52,656 nt of DNA, taken from contig CAYMUQ010000001.1 in assembly GCA_964393805.1 (NCBI GenBank), positions 1-52,656 on the forward strand, given 5' to 3'. Below are positions 1 through 7,536 of this stretch, in pieces. The translations under genes and the position numbers were made by a program. The notes below the pieces were generated by a model. It ran no database searches, was not told the origin of the DNA, and saw nothing but the letters and a program-made list of their open reading frames with translations. Origin of the DNA: an uncultured Clostridia bacterium. Lineage in GTDB: Bacteria > Bacillota > Clostridia > Christensenellales > Borkfalkiaceae. Numbering within the stretch: the first letter of the stretch is position 1; each line of letters starts with the position of its first letter.

Positions 1-60
1 TGGTAGCGCGTATGGTTCGGGACGATAAGGTCGTGGGTTCAAATCCCGTCGCCTCGACCA
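1..60 (+). tRNA. tRNA-Pro (anticodon CGG), 3' portion only; 5' end lies left of the window
   Basis: D-loop/stem TGGTAGCGC. Anticodon loop TTCGGGA at 16-22, with CGG at 18-20. T-arm GTGGG-TTCAAAT-CCCGT. Acceptor 3' strand CGCCTCG, discriminator A and encoded CCA ending at 60. Collinear with canonical bacterial tRNA-Pro(CGG). One G14/G24 mismatch in the anticodon stem. A terminator follows. Confidence 0.8.
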
Positions 61-68
61 AAATAAAG

Positions 69-100
69 ACACCCCTACAAGGGGTGTTTTTGTTTTGTTT
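69..100. terminator. Rho-independent terminator, usable in both directions (tRNA on +, 235..762 gene on -)
   Basis: Stem ACACCCC (69-75) / GGGGTGT (81-87), loop TACAA. Followed by TTTTTGTTTTGTTT on +. On the minus strand the same hairpin is followed by CTTTATTTT. Confidence 0.7.
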
Positions 101-165
101 ATGACGGGTAAACAAAACCCGCGCGGTTCACCCCACCGTAAGGTGGCACGGAGCGTTAGCAGAGT

Positions 166-179
166 AATCCCGTCGCCTC
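166..179 (+). repeat. Exact 14-nt copy of the tRNA-Pro T-loop/acceptor 3' segment (copy of 42-55)
   Basis: AATCCCGTCGCCTC is identical at 42-55 and 166-179. The flanks diverge (GACCA vs AACAA). Confidence 0.7.
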
Positions 180-196
180 AACAAATTTTGCGACGA

Positions 197-224
197 GGTT
201 CGGGACCATAAGGTCGTGAGTTCA
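197..224 (+). repeat. 28-nt degenerate copy of the tRNA-Pro anticodon-loop to T-loop segment (copy of 14-41, 26/28 identical)
   Basis: GGTTCGGGACCATAAGGTCGTGAGTTCA vs tRNA GGTTCGGGACGATAAGGTCGTGGGTTCA. The C at 207 would restore pairing with G14, which the resident tRNA lacks. Confidence 0.7.
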
Positions 225-234
225 CCAAGATAAA

Positions 235-762
235 TTACTTCTTTGCCCGCACGAATTTTGTGCCGAGATTAGTAAGTAATAAACCGTTCAGCTCTTCAAC
301 CGTTCCCTCCGTAATCGAAGCCTTCGGAAGAACGTGGCACTGAGCTTTGGATATATACAGATAGTAATGCGTCGCAGTTTCCTTCACCTGGTAAAAATAC
401 GCGTACTTTGCAGTCAGGTTCGAATTGAATTGCGCGTTGGTCTGTATAATGGATACTTTCTCATCGTCGAAAGCGTAGACCTCGTCGGTATCTCCGCTTA
501 TAAAGGCGGCAGACTTGTCCAGTCCGCGCTGAATTAGACGGGTCAAAAGCCAGCTTAAAGGAGTGATAAGAACGGCTACTACTATAAGCGCGATGCCCAT
601 AGTCCTGTCAGCCTCGTCTTCACCGAACACTATTCCGCCGAAAATGCCGCACAAGGCTAGTAAAACCGAAAATAAAATTATGAGCCATAAATATTTTTTC
701 ATCGAAAATTTATTGAGCTGTTTGGTCGTATCGGAATTTAGTTTCGTTTCGAATCTTACCAT
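235..762 (-). CDS. Small membrane protein, YcxB-like (two TM helices plus a C-terminal domain); function unknown
   Basis: 175 aa. Two hydrophobic helices (LWLIILFSVLLALCGIFGGIVF, IALIVVAVLITPLSWLL). The C-terminal part resembles my recollection of the YcxB-like domain. RBS AGAGGGG lies upstream of the ATG at 762. Confidence 0.45.
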   Translation of the reverse strand: MVRFETKLNSDTTKQLNKFSMKKYLWLIILFSVLLALCGIFGGIVFGEDEADRTMGIALIVVAVLITPLSWLLTRLIQRGLDKSAAFISGDTDEVYAFDDEKVSIIQTNAQFNSNLTAKYAYFYQVKETATHYYLYISKAQCHVLPKASITEGTVEELNGLLLTNLGTKFVRAKK

Positions 763-783
763 TTCACACCCCTCTTTTAAGCG

Positions 784-809
784 AAAAAGCGGCAGAGTAT
801 ACCTGCCGC
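784..809 (-). terminator. Hairpin plus T-run after aspartate kinase
   Basis: Minus strand reads GCGGCAG-GTATACT-CTGCCGC followed by TTTTT. It sits only about 20 nt upstream of the next start codon, so it may be leaky. Confidence 0.5.
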
Positions 810-816
810 CTTATAG

Positions 817-2136
817 TTAATTAAAAAATTCGTGATAGATTGCCGCTATACACTTTTCGCAGTCTTCGTTTTTTACACCGACTATAATATTGAGCTCGCT
901 CGAGCCCTGGTCTATCATTTTGGCGTTTATCTTCGCCTCCGACATAGCCTTGAACAGTCTTGCCGACGTACCGATAGACGAGGACATTCCGTGTCCCACC
1001 GTCGCAATCAGGGCAACGTTATCCATTACTCTTATGACGTCGGGCTCCGCATCGTATTTTATACCTTCTATAATTCTTTCGAGTTTGTATCCCGCTATCT
1101 CTTCGCTGTCGAGAACCACAGACATAGTATCTATTCCCGAAGGTATGTGTTCGACCGAGACACCCTCTCTTTCGAGTACGGTGAGAACCTTACGGACGAA
1201 ACCTATTTCGGTATTCATATGGTTCTTTTCAATTAAAATTACGGTAAAGTTTTTCTTACCAGCAATGCCCGTTACGACGTTGCCGTCGGGTTTGTACTGC
1301 GAAATGGGTAAAATCGCCGTACCCACGTCCTCGGGACGGAAAGTGTTTTTTATGACAATCGGAATATTCGCCTTGCGCACGGGGAAAATACTCTCCGAGT
1401 GCAGAACGTTTGCTCCCATATACGAAAGCTCGCGCAGTTCCCTGTACGAGAGCGCCTTAATGCGCTTGGGGTTATTGACTATTCTGGGGTCGCAGGCTAA
1501 AAAGCCCGAAACGTCCGTCCAGTTTTCGTAGACGGTAGCGTTCACTGCACGCGCCACTATCGCTCCCGATATATCCGAACCGCCGCGAGAGAAAGTTTTG
1601 ACCTTACCGTCCGCGCCCGTTCCGTAGAAACCGGGGAACACCGCAAGCTTTGCGCCCGAAACCGCCGCCGCTATCTCTTTGTAGGTCTTCTCGTCGTCAA
1701 GCTGACCGTCCTCTCTGAAATAGACAATATCCTCTGCGTCGATAAACTTTGCGTCGAGTACCTTCGCCATTATGCGCGCGGAAAGATATTCTCCGCGTGA
1801 CGCGGTAAAATCCTTGCTCTTCTCTTTTTCAAGACGCTGTTCGGTCTCGTCGAGTACCGACTTTACGTCCATATCGAGATTTAATTCCTTGACTATGCTT
1901 TCAAATCTTGAACGAATTTTTGCAAACGCCTGCTTGCAAGAGCCCGTTTGGACTATTTCGTCGTAGCAGGCGTATAAAAGGTCGGTAACCTTTATATCTC
2001 CGCCGAACCTTTTACCGGGTGCGGAGACAACTATGAACCTTCTCGACGGGTCCGAAGTTATTATCTTTTTTACGGCGTTCATTACGTTGCCGTCCGCCAT
2101 AGACGTTCCGCCGAATTTACATACTTTTAATGACAT
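817..2136 (-). CDS. Aspartate kinase (monofunctional, YclM-like class)
   Basis: 439 aa. Amino-acid-kinase N-terminus MSLKVCKFGGTSMADG, then VVSAPGK. C-terminal ACT-like regulatory region. The start lies 3 nt after the upstream stop. Confidence 0.85.
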   Translation of the reverse strand: MSLKVCKFGGTSMADGNVMNAVKKIITSDPSRRFIVVSAPGKRFGGDIKVTDLLYACYDEIVQTGSCKQAFAKIRSRFESIVKELNLDMDVKSVLDETEQRLEKEKSKDFTASRGEYLSARIMAKVLDAKFIDAEDIVYFREDGQLDDEKTYKEIAAAVSGAKLAVFPGFYGTGADGKVKTFSRGGSDISGAIVARAVNATVYENWTDVSGFLACDPRIVNNPKRIKALSYRELRELSYMGANVLHSESIFPVRKANIPIVIKNTFRPEDVGTAILPISQYKPDGNVVTGIAGKKNFTVILIEKNHMNTEIGFVRKVLTVLEREGVSVEHIPSGIDTMSVVLDSEEIAGYKLERIIEGIKYDAEPDVIRVMDNVALIATVGHGMSSSIGTSARLFKAMSEAKINAKMIDQGSSELNIIVGVKNEDCEKCIAAIYHEFFN

Positions 2137-2139
2137 AAT

Positions 2140-3330
2140 TTATAGTTTTGTTATAGCCTTAGCTTCTACGTAATATCTCTTTTCGTTGCCCTCTCCCATT
2201 GAGAAGGTCTTTCTGGGCAGATTGCCTCCCGTTACGATAAGGCGGAAGAAATCGCCCTTATCTATGGACGGAAGTATAATTCCCACACCCTGCCCCGACA
2301 GCTTGGTTAAATCCTCTTCGCCGTGGATATAGTCCACCTCTCCGCCGTATTCGTTTATGAAATCGGAGACGTACGCGTCGAGTTTTCTTATACCCTCGGG
2401 AACGTCCGCAGAGAAATCTATTAGTGTTTTCTTACCGTTTGATACCGCGTAAGCGGTACCCTCGCCGTTAAGGGCGAGCCCTTTTACAAACTCCTCGGGA
2501 TTTTTCGTCTTTACAAGTCTGTGAATAGGCTCGAAACAGAGCGCGGGGTCGAAAATGTTTACCGCTTCGACAAGTGCGTATCTTGCGGGGTGTTCCGCCC
2601 TCTCCGCTTCCGTCAAATTGCGCTTAATATTTTCCCAGCAGGTCTTTGCAGTCGCAAGCGAATGATTACCGTCACCGACTGCAAAAAGAAGCTTTTCGCC
2701 GTTGCCGTAGTCGTTGCGCTCTGCAAGCGCGTAGAAGGCGTTTTCGACCTCTTCGGCGTTTTTGATAAAGGTACCCTTTACTTTGCCGCCGTTCATATTC
2801 AAATCGAAATCGTACAAAACTTCCCCGCGGCAAACCTTTTTAAGTACGTCGCCCTCTTTATCGTCGTAAAGAAGCATTATGTGAGGAAGCTCTATGGGGG
2901 CGTTCTCCCTTATTCTGACACGGGGAGGTATTCTTTCGAGAATGGTCGCCTCGGTAGAGCGTATAAGAGCCTTGCTGCCTACGGCAAAATCGTAGTCTTC
3001 GAGGTCTATCGCAAGGACTATGCCCGTGCGGGTGCCCGACGCGGTCGTTCTCTCTACGAGGATAAAACCGCCCTCTACTTTTTTAAATATGCCGCCGTCG
3101 AGATATTCGTGCATATTGGCGTTTATCTTAGCTATCCTCTGCTCGGGGTTATCTTTGAGATAAATCTCGGGATAAATTAGGTTCAGCGTAGACGGAGCGC
3201 TTCCGACAAGCCTTTCGAGAGTATGCCAGTACCCGTGATCGGAGGTGTACTGGTCGCAGGCGTTTACCGCCCAAAGGGTCATATCAGCCGAACGCGGCAA
3301 TAAAATTTCGGGAATTTTAATAGATTTCAT
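2140..3330 (-). CDS. DUF1015 family protein (function unknown)
   Basis: 396 aa. Size and the motifs ACDQYTS and GDGNHSLATAK match my recollection of DUF1015. Translationally coupled on both sides. Confidence 0.6.
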   Translation of the reverse strand: MKSIKIPEILLPRSADMTLWAVNACDQYTSDHGYWHTLERLVGSAPSTLNLIYPEIYLKDNPEQRIAKINANMHEYLDGGIFKKVEGGFILVERTTASGTRTGIVLAIDLEDYDFAVGSKALIRSTEATILERIPPRVRIRENAPIELPHIMLLYDDKEGDVLKKVCRGEVLYDFDLNMNGGKVKGTFIKNAEEVENAFYALAERNDYGNGEKLLFAVGDGNHSLATAKTCWENIKRNLTEAERAEHPARYALVEAVNIFDPALCFEPIHRLVKTKNPEEFVKGLALNGEGTAYAVSNGKKTLIDFSADVPEGIRKLDAYVSDFINEYGGEVDYIHGEEDLTKLSGQGVGIILPSIDKGDFFRLIVTGGNLPRKTFSMGEGNEKRYYVEAKAITKL

Positions 3331-3331
3331 A

Positions 3332-3439
3332 TCAGATATTTATAAACACAACCGCAAGAATAGCCAAAGCTACGGCAAGGAGCTTTAAAGGGATATTTTT
3401 AGTAAACAGGTTTTTCAAAAATTTTCCGAAGTTTTTCAT
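3332..3439 (-). CDS. Unannotated 35-aa single-pass membrane peptide (MKNFGKFLKNLFTKNIPLKLLAVALAILAVVFINI)
   Basis: Not in the ORF track because it is too short. The ATG at 3439 lies 1 nt after the cdaA TAA, with the strong SD GAGGAGG 9 nt upstream. Its TGA (3334-3332) lies 1 nt before the DUF1015 ATG. Basic amphipathic N-terminus followed by one hydrophobic helix. Confidence 0.5.
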   Translation of the reverse strand: MKNFGKFLKNLFTKNIPLKLLAVALAILAVVFINI

Positions 3440-3440
3440 T

Positions 3441-4283
3441 TTACTTTGCCTCCTCGCCCGTAAGGTCGGTCCAGTAGTAATCGCTCAATGCGTTCTTGAG
3501 ATCTGCGTCGCTTGCGTATTTCTTCTTGACTTCGCCGTTGCGGACGATGGAAATAACGCCCGTCTCCTCGGATACGACTATCGAAGTTACCGAAGCTACC
3601 GTAGTTACGCCGAGAGCCGCACGGTGACGCGAGCCGACTTCCTGGGGAAGATTGTCATTCTGTATGAGGGGCAAGAAGCAGCCTGCGGCGTGTATTTTGT
3701 CGCCCTCTATAACCATTGCGCCGTCGTGAAGGGGCGCTTTGGGATAGAATACCGCCTCTATCATAGCGGTGTTTATATCGGCGTTTATTACCGTTCCGCT
3801 GGAAATAATGCCCTCGGGAAGGTTCTCGTTAGAAAGAACTATCAACGCGCCTACGTTCTGCTTGGACATATGTTGTACCGCGTGAATTATTTCGTCGATG
3901 ATAAACTCTATATCCTTTACGGTCATTCCGTCCCTCTTCGCGTGCTTTTTGGAACCCGAATCGAGAACCGAACGCTTGATTTCCGTGTTGAACATCAGTA
4001 CCACGCAAATATCTGCGAGCAAGATAATGAACACGAGCGTATACGACGGCAACTTGTCTGACGCCGAGAACGCAAACCCGAACGCGATAACAGCGACCGA
4101 AATCAGCGCTATAAGCTTGCCGACCTTGTTATCCTTCAATATCTTGAACACAAGATAAAAAGATACGGCAAAAACTATAAACTCGAGGATATAGCTGAAA
4201 TCCGCGTTAAGCGCCATATTCTTGATTTTGTCCCAATAGGACAACCAGAACTCCGCGCCCATATTTACTGCCAAAGTACCCAT
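3441..4283 (-). CDS. cdaA: Diadenylate cyclase CdaA (membrane-anchored c-di-AMP synthase)
   Basis: 280 aa. Three N-terminal TM helices, then a DAC/DisA_N domain with the hallmark motifs LHDGAMVI and GSRHRAALG. Confidence 0.9.
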   Translation of the reverse strand: MGTLAVNMGAEFWLSYWDKIKNMALNADFSYILEFIVFAVSFYLVFKILKDNKVGKLIALISVAVIAFGFAFSASDKLPSYTLVFIILLADICVVLMFNTEIKRSVLDSGSKKHAKRDGMTVKDIEFIIDEIIHAVQHMSKQNVGALIVLSNENLPEGIISSGTVINADINTAMIEAVFYPKAPLHDGAMVIEGDKIHAAGCFLPLIQNDNLPQEVGSRHRAALGVTTVASVTSIVVSEETGVISIVRNGEVKKKYASDADLKNALSDYYWTDLTGEEAK

Positions 4284-4418
4284 AGATACAAACTCCGTAA
4301 ATTTATTATAAGTAAAATAGTATTATTTAACTCTATTATATTAGTTTGTACAAAAAAAATAAAGCGTTTTAAAGCCCGCTTAATTTTTTTTAACGATTTT
4401 TTTTGTTTTTTGATACGG

Positions 4419-5396
4419 CTATGAAAAGAATATCTCTGCGATAACCCATTCGAGCGCGCCGTCGGCGGTTATAAGGCCGCTTTTTAAGGACGACGCGAGC
4501 GAGTAAAGCCTGCCGACGTATTCCGCCAGTTTTTCTTTGCCGACGGCGCGCGCCTGCTGTCTGTTCTTACCGACGATATACTCGGTAGTTTTCAGCGACG
4601 AAGCGATTTCAGCGTCGGAAAGATTGCTTGTCGCCACGAACAACAGAGTTTTGAAATAATTCAAAAGCGAAGCTATGACCGCGTTTACGTCGAAGCCCTT
4701 TAAAACGAGTTCGGATAAAATTACGGTGAAGGTTGAAAAATCTCTCCGCGCGACCGCGTTGGTCATCTGGTATATGCGGTAGTCCGCATCCTTGTAGACG
4801 AGCGCGTCGACGTCGGACAGAGTTATTTTTCCCGCATCCTTCCCCCACTCTATAAGCTTTTCGGTTTCGCGGCTTACCCTCGCCATATCGCAAAGACAGT
4901 AGTCCGCTATCGCCTCGCACGCCTCAACGGGAGCCGCAACGCCCGCTCTCTTCAAAGTCAGATACGCCCACCTTGCGACGGTCTCGCGGTCGGCACGGTT
5001 GCAGTCGATATAGGTCACGCACTTTTTGCGCTTTAAATCCACGCCCTTTTTAGATTGAGAATTTACTATCAGAAGTATTGCGCTTTCGGGAAAATTTTCA
5101 AAAATCGGTTTGAGGTAATTTTCGTACTCGCTTTCGGTGGGATAAAATTCGGAAATTTTTACTATGCGCTTTTCCGACATAAAGGGAAACGCCGCAAGCG
5201 CGGACAGGGCTTCGTTTATTGCCGCACCTTTTAAAGACGCGCCGTCCAAAGCCGAAAAGTTCAATTCGGGCATACTCAAAAAAGCCGCCTTTATCTGCTC
5301 TTCCGTCTTGGTGCGGAAATACGCGTCGTCGCCCTCCGCGAGATATATCGAACGCGCCCCCTGCGCGATATCTTCTTTAAGCTGAGTAAATTTCAT
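4419..5396 (-). CDS. holA: DNA polymerase III delta subunit
   Basis: 325 aa. Delta-subunit-like N-terminus (IYLAEGDDAYF). Sits directly downstream of comEC, the position conserved in Bacillus-type genomes. Abuts the comEC stop with no gap. Confidence 0.75.
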   Translation of the reverse strand: MKFTQLKEDIAQGARSIYLAEGDDAYFRTKTEEQIKAAFLSMPELNFSALDGASLKGAAINEALSALAAFPFMSEKRIVKISEFYPTESEYENYLKPIFENFPESAILLIVNSQSKKGVDLKRKKCVTYIDCNRADRETVARWAYLTLKRAGVAAPVEACEAIADYCLCDMARVSRETEKLIEWGKDAGKITLSDVDALVYKDADYRIYQMTNAVARRDFSTFTVILSELVLKGFDVNAVIASLLNYFKTLLFVATSNLSDAEIASSLKTTEYIVGKNRQQARAVGKEKLAEYVGRLYSLASSLKSGLITADGALEWVIAEIFFS

Positions 5397-7457
5397 CTAA
5401 GGTTCCTTGGGTACGGTACCGTTTAATAGATACCTGCCGCCTACAAAAGTATAACTCATTCTGCCGCCGTAAGTCAAGCTGAAACTGTTGCCCGAAGTTT
5501 CAAACAACACGGCAGGCTCGTCGTCGTAGCAGTACAGATTGAACTGCACGGTTTCGGGCATTTCGCCGTAAATATTTCCCTTCTCTTCGGTTACGAGCGC
5601 AACGCTTACTCCCTCTGCTTTAACATACAGCGCGTTGCCGTCGAACCTGAAATCAACACCGTAAAGAGTAAACTCGTCGGAGCAGACAATTTGCGTATCT
5701 TCGATATCTTCAAAGTGTATGGTGCCGCCTCTTAAATATACTTCCTTGAAGGTGTAGCCGAGAGAGTGTATAGCGGAAATACCTTTATCTCCGCCGAGAA
5801 CTACCAGCGCGTCGATTTCGCCGGAGTAATCTATATATCCGCTGTAATTTTCGGTTATTGCAAGTACCGTACCGCCGTCGCCGTCAATAATTACCGAGCC
5901 GCCCGAAAAGCCCGCATCGAAAATAACTACCGTTCGGTTTGGCCTGAGATATATTGAAGCCAACAGAGAGAACACCGCAACGACGGCAAATGCGGGAACT
6001 ATCCTGAAAAGCGGTCTGAAATTGAATTTATCGCTGACCGCAACGGTTGCGAATATAAACGGAACGAAAATCCATATTCCAAAGTCGGCTTTTATTAAAG
6101 CTTTCTCAAAACCGCAAGCGTCTATGGTGCTTATGAGAAATTCGACGGGTAAAGCCGCAACCGGCATTACGGCGGACGCCGCGGGAGGAATTATAAGACT
6201 GAAAGCGGTAAACGCAAGCAACACTACGTAAAACGCGGATACAAGCGGTATCAGAATTATATTGAGAATAAGTCCCGCGGCGGAGACGTAACCGAACTTA
6301 TAAATGAGCGCGGGAAAGGTCGCAAACTGTGCCGACCAGCCCGTCGAGAGCGGCGAACGCAATCTTTCGGGAAGAAATTTAAGGGCGTGCGAAATATTGT
6401 GACTTAAAAGTATAACTCCCAAAACCGCGGAAAAGGACAACAGGAAACCCGTATCGAAGAGGTTTGCGGGATTTATCAAAAGCAGTATTATTGCGGCTAT
6501 CGAAAGTGAATTAAGTCTGTCGTTCTTTCGGTACAGACACGCCGACAACGAAGAGACCGAACACATTATCACCGCTCTTACGGACGAAGGAGTGAAATTG
6601 CATACGCCCGCATAGAGAGTAATTACGGCAATCTTTATCGCGGTTGCGACGAAACGGTTGACACGCGTGAGCTTGCAGAAAACCGTAACCACACCGTATA
6701 TCACGCCTATATGCAGACCTGAAACGGCGAATATATGAGCAACTCCGCCGTAACGGAACGCACTGAGGACTTCGCGCGAAATGCCCGACGTGTTACCAGT
6801 AAGTAGGGCGAAACAGACCGCCGCCGTCTCGCTTCCGAGGTTATCGTAAAGAGTGTTTTCTATCGAATAGTTTATTTTACCGAACAGTGAAAAACCGCTC
6901 TTTGCTTCCAGCGCGGACGCCGTGCAATAATATCGTATACCGTCTATGACGCGGTTGTTTATTTCACCGTCCGAAAAGAATTTTTCCTTGGTGATATAAG
7001 CGTAAAAGCTTACCGTATAACCCTTTTGGCAGTAATCTCCCGACTTGTCGGTTATGTACGCTATCACCTTGCCTTTGAGCTTGGTACCGTACGCGTCGGC
7101 GTTTCCCACCACTATATATCTGCTTCCGCCCGAAGTTACGACTAAGTCTTCTACTTTACCGCTTATCTTTACGAATATACCGTCCGTTATTTCTTTTGCG
7201 CAGTAGCTTTCGTAAACGGCGAAAAGATAAATAGCACCTATTAAAAATATCACCGCCGCAATAAAATACGCCGCCGTCCTTTTAAGATTTTTAGTGACGG
7301 CGAGATAAATCGTACACGCAGTTATGAAAATTGCCGCGGGGATCAGAAGAAAAATTCCGTCCGCGGCAAAATATGCGAGTATTGCCGAATATAAAATTCC
7401 GAGCGCAAGCGACGCCGCATATAGTACGGGCAATCGCAGATTAAATGGTTTTTTCAT
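5397..7457 (-). CDS. comEC: ComEC/Rec2 family DNA internalisation channel protein
   Basis: 686 aa polytopic membrane protein. Competence-domain motif GVAHIFAVSGLHIG. The N-terminal OB/DUF4131-like region lies after 2 TM helices. The C-terminal ~180 aa are metallo-beta-lactamase-like but lack the His/Asp metal motifs (see findings). Confidence 0.8.
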   Translation of the reverse strand: MKKPFNLRLPVLYAASLALGILYSAILAYFAADGIFLLIPAAIFITACTIYLAVTKNLKRTAAYFIAAVIFLIGAIYLFAVYESYCAKEITDGIFVKISGKVEDLVVTSGGSRYIVVGNADAYGTKLKGKVIAYITDKSGDYCQKGYTVSFYAYITKEKFFSDGEINNRVIDGIRYYCTASALEAKSGFSLFGKINYSIENTLYDNLGSETAAVCFALLTGNTSGISREVLSAFRYGGVAHIFAVSGLHIGVIYGVVTVFCKLTRVNRFVATAIKIAVITLYAGVCNFTPSSVRAVIMCSVSSLSACLYRKNDRLNSLSIAAIILLLINPANLFDTGFLLSFSAVLGVILLSHNISHALKFLPERLRSPLSTGWSAQFATFPALIYKFGYVSAAGLILNIILIPLVSAFYVVLLAFTAFSLIIPPAASAVMPVAALPVEFLISTIDACGFEKALIKADFGIWIFVPFIFATVAVSDKFNFRPLFRIVPAFAVVAVFSLLASIYLRPNRTVVIFDAGFSGGSVIIDGDGGTVLAITENYSGYIDYSGEIDALVVLGGDKGISAIHSLGYTFKEVYLRGGTIHFEDIEDTQIVCSDEFTLYGVDFRFDGNALYVKAEGVSVALVTEEKGNIYGEMPETVQFNLYCYDDEPAVLFETSGNSFSLTYGGRMSYTFVGGRYLLNGTVPKEP

Positions 7458-7536
7458 AAGTGAAATCGGTTTAAAAAGGTTTTCTCGTTAATAATACAGA
7501 GTTTTTCACTTAGAACAATCAGTGAGATATTTTCGT

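Noticed and set aside
890-1531. Long plus-strand ORFs antisense to clear minus-strand genes. Examples are 890-1531, 2521-3180, 13751-14275, 37855-38691, 39493-39984, 39837-40589 and 43785-44300.
   Set aside because: Each lies entirely inside a well-supported, motif-bearing gene on the opposite strand. Their translations are low-complexity (S/L/R/F-rich) with no recognisable motifs, RBS or promoter. This is typical shadow-frame behaviour at this GC content.
4609-4920. Arg-rich alternative-frame ORFs on the coding strand. Examples are 4609-4920, 7875-8111, 8720-8965, 16775-17059, 21533-21949, 43327-43563, 46579-47022 and 49729-50049.
   Set aside because: They are embedded out of frame within strongly supported genes. 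Their extreme R/G/K composition is characteristic of off-frame translation, and none has an independent RBS.
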